Source: Candidatus Saccharimonadales bacterium (GTDB lineage Bacteria > Patescibacteriota > Saccharimonadia > QS-5-54-17). From it: a stretch of 64,000 nt of DNA. Shown one piece after another: positions 49,648 through 59,299 of this stretch. Location of the stretch: the NCBI GenBank assembly GCA_040876925.1, contig JBBDOS010000003.1:61207-125206 (forward strand). The letters are read 5' to 3'. The first letter of the stretch is position 1; each line of letters begins with the position of its first letter. Below the pieces are notes generated by a model that saw nothing but the letters and a program-made list of their open reading frames with translations, ran no database searches and was not told the DNA's origin. A program made the position numbers and the translations under genes.

Positions 49648-50550
49648 TTATATGTCTCCTGAGCTCATACCAGCTGCTCCAAACATATCTATCTTTTCCT
49701 CAACTACTGCTTGAACAGCCGATATGACTTCTGGCATTAACTTAACCACTGCATACTGACTAGGATTATCCGCTAAGACTTTTTCTAAAGTCTTACGAAA
49801 AGCGTAGCGCATATCAGAATTAATATTAACCTTACTAATACCATTAGCGATAGCTTCGCTGTAATAGTGCTCTGGTGTTCCTGAGCCACCGTGCAGACTA
49901 AGAAAAGCATGTTCTGGTAAGTTAGCCTTAATAGATTTAAGCAACTCTATATCCAGCTGTTTAGGAACAGGATATTTACCGTGCAAATTACCGATAGCCA
50001 CCGCGAAAGTATCTATACCAGTAGCTTCTATGAAATTGCTAGTCCCTTCTGGACTAGAGAATGTTTTTCTGATCTCTTCGTAATCTATCTCATCTTCATG
50101 AACATTGGAGCTACCCCCGAAATAGTGAGGTTCACTCTCTACTAATGCCCCGGTGGTTTTAGCATACTCAACCACCTCCTTAGTAGCTGCAATAATCTCC
50201 TCATCGCTAGCATCGTGATTGGCTTGAGAGATATCGATATGGATAAATTCATAACCTACATCTATAGCTGCTTTAGTCTCTGCAACTGAGGGTGAATGAT
50301 CTAGGTTGATATATAGCTCTACACCGTATTCTTGTCGGTAGTTATCAACCATATCTCGGATGTTTTTCAATCCCATAGCCTTAACCTCGGAAGCTGATAC
50401 CTCTACCATAGCTGGAGCTTTTTTAGCATCCATAGCCTGAACTACAGCTATTAGAGTTTCCTGGTTATCTATATTAAAGGCCCCGAGGGCATACCCCTCT
50501 GATTTGGCTTTCTCGTATGCTGCTCTAGCTTGTGTGATATTACCGCTCAT
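49648..50550 (-). CDS. fba: Class II fructose/tagatose-bisphosphate aldolase
   Basis: 300 aa. Class II FBA motifs (..GAFNIDN.., ..LDHS.., ..HGGSG..). Confidence 0.85.
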   Translation of the reverse strand: MSGNITQARAAYEKAKSEGYALGAFNIDNQETLIAVVQAMDAKKAPAMVEVSASEVKAMGLKNIRDMVDNYRQEYGVELYINLDHSPSVAETKAAIDVGYEFIHIDISQANHDASDEEIIAATKEVVEYAKTTGALVESEPHYFGGSSNVHEDEIDYEEIRKTFSSPEGTSNFIEATGIDTFAVAIGNLHGKYPVPKQLDIELLKSIKANLPEHAFLSLHGGSGTPEHYYSEAIANGISKVNINSDMRYAFRKTLEKVLADNPSQYAVVKLMPEVISAVQAVVEEKIDMFGAAGMSSGDI

Positions 50551-50575
50551 ATATATAATCCTTACTTTATTAATC

Positions 50576-51757
50576 CTACTTGATGTTTATTTTATGTGAC
50601 TTAGGAGCAGATTGCGACTTAAGTTTAGCTTTACTAATTTTCTGCTTGGTAGATTTGGCTGATTTAGTCTTGGGCTTGGTCTTGGTGGTAGATTTCTTCT
50701 TAGTAGATTTTTGGGGAGACTTAGGCGTAGTTTGAGCAGCTGTCTTTTTAAGCTTGCCGGGTCGCTGAGATTCATAAAATTCCTTAATTTTTTTAGCTAC
50801 TCCTGCTCCATCTAAACCGAACTCTGATATTAGCTGATTAGGATCACCTGATTCACCAAATCGGTCCTCTATACCTATACGTAGTTGAGGAGTAGGTGCT
50901 TGTTCTGATAGCACTTCAGCAATTGCTCCACCTAAACCACCGGCTATTTGAGCCTCTTCAACGGTCACTACTAAGCCAGTTTTTAAAACACTGGTTAGAA
51001 TAGTTTCCGTATCTAGTGGTTTGATGGTAGCGACATTAATAACTTCGGCTCTAACACCATATCTAGCTAGTTCGGCTGCTGCTTTCAAAGCACTATGAAC
51101 CATAGCTCCGCAAGCAGCAATAGTGATATCGCTTCCTTGTCTATAGACATATGATTTACCTATCTCAAACGGCGTTTTATCAGTCGTAATTATCGGTGTA
51201 TCAGCTCGCCCAAGCCTTAAATACATCGGCCCTACCTCAGCAGCCATGTCTATAGTAGCTCTTTCTGCTTGCACAGCATCACAAGGCACTATGACCTGCA
51301 TATAAGGTAATACTCGCATTAAAGCGATATCCTCTAACATCTGATGCGTGGCTCCGTCAGGCCCAACTGATACTCCGGCATGAGAACCAATCACTTTAAC
51401 ATTAGCTTCGTTTAAACAAATAGTGGTGCGTATCTGCTCCCAGTTTCTGCCCGGAGAAAAGGCAGCATAGCTACTAGTAAACGGTATTTTATCCAGATGA
51501 GCTAGACCCGAAGCCACTGTTACTAAGTTCTGCTCAGCTACACCAACCTGAATAAACCTATCAGGAAACTCCTTGGCAAAAGCGTCCATTTTAGTAGAAC
51601 CAGTCAAATCAGCACACAGAGCTACTACTTGCTTATCACGCTTACCAGCTTCAAGTAAGCCCTTACCAAAACCAACCCTACTAGACTCTTGCTTGACGCT
51701 TTTGTTGTATAGCTCTTCGTTGAGATGCATGTTGGCCACATTACTACTCATGCTCAC
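50576..51757 (-). CDS. Transketolase C-terminal subunit (split tkt) with ~60-aa lysine-rich histone H1-like tail
   Basis: 393 aa. Pyrimidine-binding and C-terminal transketolase domains, then ..KKTAAQTTPKSPQKSTKKKSTTKTKPKTKSAKSTKQKISKAKLKSQSAPKSHK... Confidence 0.8.
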   Translation of the reverse strand: MSMSSNVANMHLNEELYNKSVKQESSRVGFGKGLLEAGKRDKQVVALCADLTGSTKMDAFAKEFPDRFIQVGVAEQNLVTVASGLAHLDKIPFTSSYAAFSPGRNWEQIRTTICLNEANVKVIGSHAGVSVGPDGATHQMLEDIALMRVLPYMQVIVPCDAVQAERATIDMAAEVGPMYLRLGRADTPIITTDKTPFEIGKSYVYRQGSDITIAACGAMVHSALKAAAELARYGVRAEVINVATIKPLDTETILTSVLKTGLVVTVEEAQIAGGLGGAIAEVLSEQAPTPQLRIGIEDRFGESGDPNQLISEFGLDGAGVAKKIKEFYESQRPGKLKKTAAQTTPKSPQKSTKKKSTTKTKPKTKSAKSTKQKISKAKLKSQSAPKSHKINIK

Positions 51758-52595
51758 CTCTAATCTCCCCGCCTAGAGTACGTAGCTGATCCAAGGCTTC
51801 TTTGGCTTGCTCTTTATTCGGCGGAGCGCCGTGCCAATGATAGTCATACTCCATAAAATCCACTCCCTTACCAGGTACTGTATAGGCTAAAATCATGACC
51901 GGTTTAGAGACTATGGCTTTGGCTTTTTCGCAGGCATCAACAATACCTTTAATATTGTGTCCATCTATCTCTAAGACATGCCAACCAAAAGACTCCCATT
52001 TGCTGCGTAAATCCTCTAGTGGCATCACGTCTTCAGTAGCCCCTTCTATCTGGATATTGTTTCTATCAGTTATAGCTGTTAGGTTGTGTAACTTGTACTT
52101 AGCAGCTAGCATGGCTGCTTCCCAAGTATTACCCTCATTCTGCTCGCCATCACTCATAACACAGTACACCCAGCGATGCATAGATTCATTCATTCTCATG
52201 GCTAGACTCATACCCGCTGCCTGAGATAGACCACTACCAAGTGGACCAGATGTAGTCTCAAGACCCGGCAACCGAGTGCGCTCTGGATGACCCTGAAGGT
52301 TACTACCAAATTTACGTAAGGTTTTCAGTTCACTAGGATCGAAATATCCAGCTCTAGCCATAGCCACGTAACGCACCGGTACCACGTGACCATTTGATAG
52401 GACTAATATATCTCTTTCTTCCCAGTCTGGATCATCACTTTTATGATTTAATATTTCAAAATATAGGGCGGTGAATATATCTGCTAGCCCTAGTGGCCCA
52501 GCAGAATGGCCGCTACCAGCACTTTTTAGCATAGAGATAATATCTTGCCTGATAGTATTAGCTATGAGCTTAAGTTCTTCTGTGCTATGTTGCAT
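51744..52595 (-). CDS. Transketolase N-terminal subunit (split tkt)
   Basis: TPP-binding motif ..GHPE.., GDG..EG. The start is taken at the internal Met (MQHSTEEL..) to avoid overlap with rpe; the track ORF extends to 52712. Confidence 0.8.
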   Translation of the reverse strand: MQHSTEELKLIANTIRQDIISMLKSAGSGHSAGPLGLADIFTALYFEILNHKSDDPDWEERDILVLSNGHVVPVRYVAMARAGYFDPSELKTLRKFGSNLQGHPERTRLPGLETTSGPLGSGLSQAAGMSLAMRMNESMHRWVYCVMSDGEQNEGNTWEAAMLAAKYKLHNLTAITDRNNIQIEGATEDVMPLEDLRSKWESFGWHVLEIDGHNIKGIVDACEKAKAIVSKPVMILAYTVPGKGVDFMEYDYHWHGAPPNKEQAKEALDQLRTLGGEIRGEHE

Positions 52596-52605
52596 ATCTA
52601 TCCTA

Positions 52606-53265
52606 TTAATCTCCTGCTTCTGATGAGGGGCAGTTTCTTTTAAGTTTATCATAAGCTTTTTGGGGATCATCGGCTTTTTGTAAGAAGCTGCCGACATTAA
52701 GTACATCGGCACCTGATGTAACTACCTCAGCAGCATTAGTATCATTAATCCCTCCATCTACGCCCACCTCTATATTTGGATCTAGATTTTTAACTTCTCC
52801 TACTTTCGCTAAACAATCTTTTTGCATATCGCCACCATAATGGCCTAAGTCGCCGGTAAAGATTAAGACATGATCAAGATACTCTAATACTTTAGCTACC
52901 TCACTAACCTCAGTCTGAGGCAGCAGTGCTAGGCCAAACTTAATATCTAAACTGCGCAGCTGATCAGCTATTGATATTAAATTGTCCTGGTCTAGACCAT
53001 TTGCTTCCCAATGCACAATTAGCAGATTAGGGAACTTAGCGATAACGGTGGGTATATGCTCAATAGGGTGCTGATACATCAAATGTATATCGGCCCTAAT
53101 ATCATCTGGCCAGTAAGTTTGGGCTAGATTTACAGTCTTACCTGGAGCAAAATCATCATCGGCTAAATCAATCTGAATTCGACTAGATAAGCTAGTAGCT
53201 ATATCAAGATACTTCCCATATTCCTGTCCGTTACTAGCTAAAACTGCTGGGACAATCTCAGCCAT
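52606..53265 (-). CDS. rpe: Ribulose-phosphate 3-epimerase
   Basis: 219 aa RPE-like TIM barrel (..IVPAVLAS.., ..IQIDLADDDFAP..). Confidence 0.7.
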   Translation of the reverse strand: MAEIVPAVLASNGQEYGKYLDIATSLSSRIQIDLADDDFAPGKTVNLAQTYWPDDIRADIHLMYQHPIEHIPTVIAKFPNLLIVHWEANGLDQDNLISIADQLRSLDIKFGLALLPQTEVSEVAKVLEYLDHVLIFTGDLGHYGGDMQKDCLAKVGEVKNLDPNIEVGVDGGINDTNAAEVVTSGADVLNVGSFLQKADDPQKAYDKLKRNCPSSEAGD

Positions 53266-53707
53266 ATAAACTCTCTATCTCATCTAGTCTACGTTGGTGT
53301 CTAGGGGCTTTGGAAAACTTAGTTTTTAGCCAAACATCGGTAATTTTGAAAGCCTCCTCATATGATATGAAGCGGGATGGCAAAGTTAATATATTGGCAT
53401 CCTCATGCTCACGAGATAGTTTGGCTATATCCTCATTCCAGGCGACAGCAGCCCGAATACCAGCTACTCTATTAGCAGCCATAGCCATACCCTGGCCACT
53501 ACCACATAGCAATATACCTCTAGGATCTTCGTCACTACTGCCTAGTAACTTCGTAGTAACCTTGAAAGCATAATTAGGATAGTCATCTTCTTTATCTAAT
53601 GTATCAGGACCTAGATCCTCTGCTTCATATCCGTGGTGAACTAGATGTTCTAGTAACATTAACTTCATCTCAAATCCAGCATGATCAGCAGCTAGATAGA
53701 TTATCAT
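53258..53707 (-). CDS. rpiB: Ribose-5-phosphate isomerase B
   Basis: 149 aa. ..LLCGSGQGMAMAANRVAGIRAA.. RpiB/LacAB signature. Confidence 0.85.
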   Translation of the reverse strand: MIIYLAADHAGFEMKLMLLEHLVHHGYEAEDLGPDTLDKEDDYPNYAFKVTTKLLGSSDEDPRGILLCGSGQGMAMAANRVAGIRAAVAWNEDIAKLSREHEDANILTLPSRFISYEEAFKITDVWLKTKFSKAPRHQRRLDEIESLYG

Positions 53708-54720
53708 ACTTGAGCTACCTCTAGACCTAGTTTAGCTACTAGCTCTACTAGTCGGTTAGAGTATCCCCACTCATTGTCATACCAAGCCACTATTTTAACT
53801 AAATTACCACCACATACCTGAGTCAAAGTCGTATCAACTATGGCTGAGTGAGAGTTGCCAATTAAATCCCTGGAGACTAGTGGCTCATCAGTGACCTCTA
53901 AGATACCGGCAAAGCCAGGTTCAGCAGCCGCCTGAGTAATAGCTTGATTAACCTCCTCTACAGAAGTGTCTTTCTTGAGTAGGAAAGTAAAATCGCTGAG
54001 TGATACTACTGGCGTAGGTACTCTAATAGCCATACCTTCAAATATCCCTGATAGCTCCGGTAGAGCCTTTGCAGCTGCTACGGTTGCCCCAGTAGTAGTA
54101 GGTACTATATTTTCTGCTGCAGCCCTAGCACGTCTTAGATCCCTATGTGGACCATCTTGCAAGTTTTGATCAGCTGTGTATGAATGAATCGTTGTCATCA
54201 TAGCTTTTTCAATACCAAACTCCCTCAAGACAACTGCTGCAACTGGGGTAATACAGTTAGTAGTGCAGGAAGCATTAGAGACTACCTCGCCTGACTCGGC
54301 AGCCTTAACATCATTAACTCCTAGTACAACCGTATCCGTACCATCGCTTTTAGCTGGTGCGGATATGACAACTTTCTTAGCCCCAGCTGTTACGTGCATC
54401 TTGGCATCTTCGGTTTTGGTAAATCTGCCAGTACTTTCAATAACTATATCTACACCTAAATCACCCCAGGGCAAAGAAGCTGGATCTTTCTCGGCTAGCA
54501 CCTTGATAGATTGCCCGTTGATATCAAGACTATCTTCACTGGCTGTCACCTTGTAGCCGTACTTACCGTAATTAGAGTCATATTGTAATAGATGAGCTAG
54601 AGTCTTAGTGTCCGTTAGATCGTTAATAGCTACTATTTCTAAATCATCCCTCTCAAAAGCTACTTTGAAAGTATTACGTCCAATTCTACCGAAACCATTA
54701 ATAGCTATTTTTGTTTTCAT
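53704..54720 (-). CDS. gap: Glyceraldehyde-3-phosphate dehydrogenase
   Basis: 338 aa. NGFGRIGR and active-site SCTTNC. Confidence 0.92.
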   Translation of the reverse strand: MKTKIAINGFGRIGRNTFKVAFERDDLEIVAINDLTDTKTLAHLLQYDSNYGKYGYKVTASEDSLDINGQSIKVLAEKDPASLPWGDLGVDIVIESTGRFTKTEDAKMHVTAGAKKVVISAPAKSDGTDTVVLGVNDVKAAESGEVVSNASCTTNCITPVAAVVLREFGIEKAMMTTIHSYTADQNLQDGPHRDLRRARAAAENIVPTTTGATVAAAKALPELSGIFEGMAIRVPTPVVSLSDFTFLLKKDTSVEEVNQAITQAAAEPGFAGILEVTDEPLVSRDLIGNSHSAIVDTTLTQVCGGNLVKIVAWYDNEWGYSNRLVELVAKLGLEVAQV

Positions 54721-54840
54721 ATACTTACCCTTTTTATTAGCTTAACTATAAAGATATTATATCAAAGCTTAAGCTTATAAGGTATAGGGGGTAGCTAACC
54801 CATTGCTCTTGAAACAGTTCTACGGCTTTAGGCTTTTTGC

Positions 54841-55359
54841 TTATTCGTTGCTGGCAATAGCTTTAGAGATGACTTCTTCAGCTTGCTTAGCGTCACCCCA
54901 GCCATTAAAACTAACTGGTGTACCTTGCCAATCATTCTTCCAAGATTTGTATTGTGAGTAATAGTGCTCAATCATTGGCTTAAAGTTCTCGCCCAAATCT
55001 TCAACCGCCTTAATCTGCGACTTGGTCACATCAGAGACGGCTACACAGATTAGCTTTTCATCATTTTCTCCATTATCTACCATATAGAGCACCCCTATAG
55101 GTCTAGCTGGTACTACTACACCATGCGGCACTGATTCGTCGATAACTAACAATCCGTCTAAAGGATCACCGTCATCACAAAGAGTATCAGGCACATAGCC
55201 ATAGTCTGTAGGATAGCCCATAGCTGCTCCGTTGACTCTATCTAGAATTAGTTCTCCGCTATCCTTATCTAATTCATACTTATTACGCTCACCACGTCGT
55301 ATCTCTATAACTAAATTAATTTCTTTGGGCGTATTGTCTCCATAACTAATTTTTGCCAT
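54841..55359 (-). CDS. ppa: Inorganic pyrophosphatase (family I)
   Basis: 172 aa. ..DGDPLD.. motif. Confidence 0.88.
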   Translation of the reverse strand: MAKISYGDNTPKEINLVIEIRRGERNKYELDKDSGELILDRVNGAAMGYPTDYGYVPDTLCDDGDPLDGLLVIDESVPHGVVVPARPIGVLYMVDNGENDEKLICVAVSDVTKSQIKAVEDLGENFKPMIEHYYSQYKSWKNDWQGTPVSFNGWGDAKQAEEVISKAIASNE

Positions 55360-55436
55360 TTTGAAAATTCTCCTTAAAATACTAAATCTTTATCTTATCT
55401 AACACTCTTAAATAGTATACATTACTAATGCTCAGG

Positions 55437-56090
55437 TTAGTTAATTAGTAAATTAGCTAATTTACTAACATTATTGAGTAGTTGCAAGTTAACGCCTTGT
55501 GCTTCTTGGTAGTTGCCAGCTCCGTGAGCATTAATTAACTGCAACATTTGATCTACGTAGACGCTTAAATTATCCTCTACATCCTGATGTAAATCTTCCT
55601 CTTCTGAAATTAATATACTAGCAATATCTGAGGGGAAATCCTCCAGACCTACTTCGGCTTCATCCATAGCCTCTGCATCTATATCCGCAGCAGCTTTAGC
55701 GTAATTTGCCAGATTATCTAGATGAGATCCCCAAACTTCATTGAACTCTGTTTGCTGAGATCTGGTTAAATCAAAGCGAGACCGAATATTTGAGCTAATT
55801 TTGGTGCTGATATCACTTAATTCGCTTAAATATATATCCTCATCACCAACTTCATCATATATATTGCGCAGCAACTCACTAGTTATATGTGCATGATTGA
55901 GTAGAGCACCAGATAAAGCTACTTGAGCAGCTGCCTCCTCGTCGCTAATACCTACCTGTGGCTCATCATCCCCATTAAATCTATCAACACCATAAAGACT
56001 ATTGCCGACTATACCTATAAGCACTCCAGCTACCAACGCTACAACAGCTAAAGCTATAGCTTGTGGTTTGACATTATTATTCTCAGCCAT
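55437..56090 (-). CDS. Hypothetical membrane-anchored protein
   Basis: 217 aa. N-terminal TM. Acidic, helical. Confidence 0.45.
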   Translation of the reverse strand: MAENNNVKPQAIALAVVALVAGVLIGIVGNSLYGVDRFNGDDEPQVGISDEEAAAQVALSGALLNHAHITSELLRNIYDEVGDEDIYLSELSDISTKISSNIRSRFDLTRSQQTEFNEVWGSHLDNLANYAKAAADIDAEAMDEAEVGLEDFPSDIASILISEEEDLHQDVEDNLSVYVDQMLQLINAHGAGNYQEAQGVNLQLLNNVSKLANLLIN

Positions 56091-56188
56091 TTAATTAACC
56101 CTTTCTAATTACTTGAAAAACTTAAATAGTGATATTTATCTATATATTTCTTATGATAAACCGCTAGGAGTAAATGCTCAAGTCTTAG

Positions 56189-57367
56189 CTATCCTTGTTC
56201 TTCTAAGTACTCTCTGATCATTAAGGCCGCTGTAGCACCCTCGCCAACCGCACTAGCTATTTGCTGAGTGGCACCAGCTCTGACATCACCAGCACAAAAT
56301 ATACCGGGGATGTTAGTTTCTAGGGTTTTATCGGTCTTGATGAAACCGATTTCATCCATCTCTATACCACTACCCTTTAAGAATCCTGTATTAGGCTTAA
56401 GACCTATAAAGACAAAGACCCCGTCAGTAGCAAATTCCTTCACCTCACCACTAGTCTTATCAGTACCCTTAACAGCTACTACTTTACCGTCCTTACCAAC
56501 TATCTCATCAGTTGTAGTATTGAAATGAATAGTAATCTTATCGTTATTCTCGATATTCTTAACTAATACATCAGAGGCCTTCAAGTGATCGCCTCTAACT
56601 AACATATCTATATGAGAGGCAAACTTAGTTAGAAACATACCTTCCTGGGCAGCTGAATTACCACCACCGACTACAACCAGGCGTTTATCTCGGTAAAAAG
56701 CTCCATCACAAGTAGCGCAGAAATGGACTCCACGACCATAGAACTCTTCTTCACCTGGAGCATTTAACCGCTTGTAGTCACTGCCGGTGGCTATTAAAAC
56801 TGCCTTAGCAGCATAGATGCCATCATTAGTAACGATTTTCTTGTACTGTCCTTCATCCCGTATTTCTTGTACCTCAGCTAGTTCTATCTGAGCACCGAAA
56901 CGTTCAGCTTGTTTTTCTAGACTCTGAGCTAGAGTCATACCTTCTACACCCTCTTCAAAACCCGGATAGTTATCGATCATATCAGTAACTGCAGCCAAAC
57001 CGCCTATAACACCCTTCTCAATTAATACGGTGTCGATATCCTCTCTAGTAGTATAGATAGCGGCAGCTAAAGCTGTCGGACCAGCCCCTATAGCTATGAC
57101 GTCATGGTACTTAACACTTTCTTTATCGCCGTTAAATAACTCGTCTAGCTTAGCCTCGTCAGGATTAGTCATGGCCTCACCATCAACATCCAAGACAGGT
57201 GTGATGTGAGTACCATCAACCTTAGTTAGCATTTCATCTACAATTTCTTGGCCATCATCTACATTTTTCCAAGTGTAGTTTATATCATGCTCCCCTAACC
57301 AATGTTTAACTCTTTGACTATCCGGGCACCAATTAGCACCGTATAGAATTACTTGTTTTTCAGCCAT
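56189..57367 (-). CDS. trxB: Thioredoxin reductase fused to an N-terminal glutaredoxin/thioredoxin-like domain
   Basis: 392 aa. N-terminal ..YGANWCPDS.. CxxS-type redoxin fold, FAD/NAD(P) motifs and TrxR redox-active CATCDG. Confidence 0.85.
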   Translation of the reverse strand: MAEKQVILYGANWCPDSQRVKHWLGEHDINYTWKNVDDGQEIVDEMLTKVDGTHITPVLDVDGEAMTNPDEAKLDELFNGDKESVKYHDVIAIGAGPTALAAAIYTTREDIDTVLIEKGVIGGLAAVTDMIDNYPGFEEGVEGMTLAQSLEKQAERFGAQIELAEVQEIRDEGQYKKIVTNDGIYAAKAVLIATGSDYKRLNAPGEEEFYGRGVHFCATCDGAFYRDKRLVVVGGGNSAAQEGMFLTKFASHIDMLVRGDHLKASDVLVKNIENNDKITIHFNTTTDEIVGKDGKVVAVKGTDKTSGEVKEFATDGVFVFIGLKPNTGFLKGSGIEMDEIGFIKTDKTLETNIPGIFCAGDVRAGATQQIASAVGEGATAALMIREYLEEQG

Positions 57368-57414
57368 TATTTTTACCTATCTTATTTTTTGCTTATATAT
57401 TCTAACTTGCTGCC

Positions 57415-57666
57415 TTAAGCACCTAATACTGATGCTAATTTGGGCACGTTGTAACCAACTATCATTTCTTTAGAATCATCGTCTTTGGTGACCATGATAA
57501 CTGGTACTGCCATCTGTCCACTAATATCAACTAGCTCTTGCCTTCTATCTGGCTGCTCGTCGATATTTATCTCATTATATTCAACGTTTTTCTTACCAAA
57601 ATATTCTTTAGTAGCGTGGCAATACGCACAAGTATTGCTGGTATATATAGTGACATCTTTAGCCAT
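57415..57666 (-). CDS. NrdH/glutaredoxin-like small redoxin
   Basis: 83 aa. CAYC active site. ..VPVIMV.. glutaredoxin fold. Confidence 0.7.
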   Translation of the reverse strand: MAKDVTIYTSNTCAYCHATKEYFGKKNVEYNEINIDEQPDRRQELVDISGQMAVPVIMVTKDDDSKEMIVGYNVPKLASVLGA

Positions 57667-57923
57667 TTTTATTTTCCCTCCTAGGATCTTTAAATTATTA
57701 ATACTAATACCTAGTATATACTATGCTTATGGTACTATCAACACCGTTTAGTACGCTATATATAGCGTACTTCTGCTATTTTGACTATTTGTAGCTATTT
57801 TTTTATTAACTTATCATCAAGAAACTACCATGACATATATTTGACATCTATAGTTGTAAGACGTCCTTATATGGTATACTTGTAGGCATAAATAAGTAAC
57901 AACATCTAAAGGAGGGTGTTTAC

Positions 57924-58622
57924 ATGGATGAAGTTAGAAATCTAACAGATTTAGTTACCACTTCGGCCAACGAATTTTGGACTGCAGTGGGCGGATTTGT
58001 GCCTAAGTTAATAGGTGCAATAGTAGTAATTGTCCTAGGAGCTTTACTAGCTAAACTAGTAGAAAGACTAGTAGTAAGAGGCTTGGAGTTCATAGGTGTA
58101 AACAAACTTAAAAACAACAAAACAGTATCAAGAACTTTAGAAACTACCGGTCTCAAAGGCGATTTTGTCGCTATAACCGGAAGAGTAGCTTTCTGGGTAG
58201 TAATCATCATATTTGCTATCACAGCAGCTGAAGTTCTAGAGCTAACGGCTATGCGTGATGTTATAGGTGATCTTCTAGCTTACCTACCTAGCGTATTCGC
58301 AGCTGTAATAGTCTTAACTGTAACAATCGCTGGTGCTCGCCTACTTCGTGATGCAGTAGCTGCAGCACTAAGTAAGATGAGTGTTGATTATGTCAACCCA
58401 GTAGCTAATGTAGCTTTCTATGTACTAGTAATTTTTGGTTCATTGATGGCTCTTAACCAGCTAGGATTTGACACTACCATCCTAACTGCTAATGTCACTG
58501 TGATAGTAGCAGGAGTTATGCTAGCCTTTGCTCTAGCATTTGGACTAGGTGGTAAAGACGTTGCCGCTCGCATCTTAGAAAAGATGTACGACAACACCAA
58601 GCACTTTAAAGGTGATCGCTAG
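57924..58622 (+). CDS. Membrane protein with repeated conserved-TM-helix segments (MscS-associated TM_helix-like)
   Basis: 232 aa with 5-6 TM segments. GGAGG RBS. Confidence 0.5.
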   Translation: MDEVRNLTDLVTTSANEFWTAVGGFVPKLIGAIVVIVLGALLAKLVERLVVRGLEFIGVNKLKNNKTVSRTLETTGLKGDFVAITGRVAFWVVIIIFAITAAEVLELTAMRDVIGDLLAYLPSVFAAVIVLTVTIAGARLLRDAVAAALSKMSVDYVNPVANVAFYVLVIFGSLMALNQLGFDTTILTANVTVIVAGVMLAFALAFGLGGKDVAARILEKMYDNTKHFKGDR

Positions 58623-58654
58623 AACTTAAAGCTAGACACTTTTAAAGAGAGAAA

Positions 58655-58681
58655 ACCCCGCTTGAAATGGCGGGGTTTTTA
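58655..58681. terminator. Bidirectional intrinsic terminator
   Basis: AAAA-CCCCGC-ttgaaatg-GCGGGG-TTTTTATTT. Confidence 0.85.
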
Positions 58682-58739
58682 TTTATTTGCATTCTATTAA
58701 CTATAAAATAAAGCACTTAACAGGAAATATCTAGAAGCA

Positions 58740-58940
58740 TTAATCCTTGTAATAAACAGTATTGGTATCAGGGTTAGTACAGACTGCACTACCCGCTACG
58801 CTATGACCAGCGGCTATACATGAGTCATAATCATTAACATCATTATCACCTGAACGCATACCTAGCATGGCTGCTCCTAGGCCTAGAACCAAAACTAACA
58901 AAGCTAAAATGAATACTATCCTTAAACTATTGCCTGCCAT
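58740..58940 (-). CDS. Small secreted/membrane protein
   Basis: 66 aa with signal-like N-terminus and two Cys. Confidence 0.4.
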   Translation of the reverse strand: MAGNSLRIVFILALLVLVLGLGAAMLGMRSGDNDVNDYDSCIAAGHSVAGSAVCTNPDTNTVYYKD

Positions 58941-58984
58941 ATCTACTCCCTATATTACTCCTCACGCAACTATCTCCTCTGCTT

Positions 58985-59299
58985 TTAAGTCTCTCTTTCT
59001 ATGTCGCTAAGTTCACTATCGTAATGAGCTTCTTCTAGATTAACTTCTTGTAAAGCTTGCAAGGCCTTATCTAGATCATCAACATTACTGATCTGTGGTG
59101 GAGTGGGTAAATCAGCAGCAATTTCACTATCGATAGCTGTTGCTTCCGCATCTACCTCTTCCTCTTGAGTAGCTAAGTCTAGAACCTCGTTGGAACGTGC
59201 CTGATAGACTGCATAGCTGACAAGCCCGATTACTAATAGGGTAGCTATAATTAGTAGGTACTCTAGAAAATGTAACTTTTTAGAGTCTAATTTACTCAT
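58985..59299 (-). CDS. Hypothetical single-pass membrane protein
   Basis: 104 aa. One TM. Acidic. Confidence 0.4.
   Translation of the reverse strand: MSKLDSKKLHFLEYLLIIATLLVIGLVSYAVYQARSNEVLDLATQEEEVDAEATAIDSEIAADLPTPPQISNVDDLDKALQALQEVNLEEAHYDSELSDIERET

Noticed and set aside
50587..50775. Alternative same-strand frame ORF (62 aa) under the transketolase Lys-rich tail
   Set aside because: Most likely a frame artefact of low-complexity sequence; retained only as a caveat (possible frameshift) in findings.
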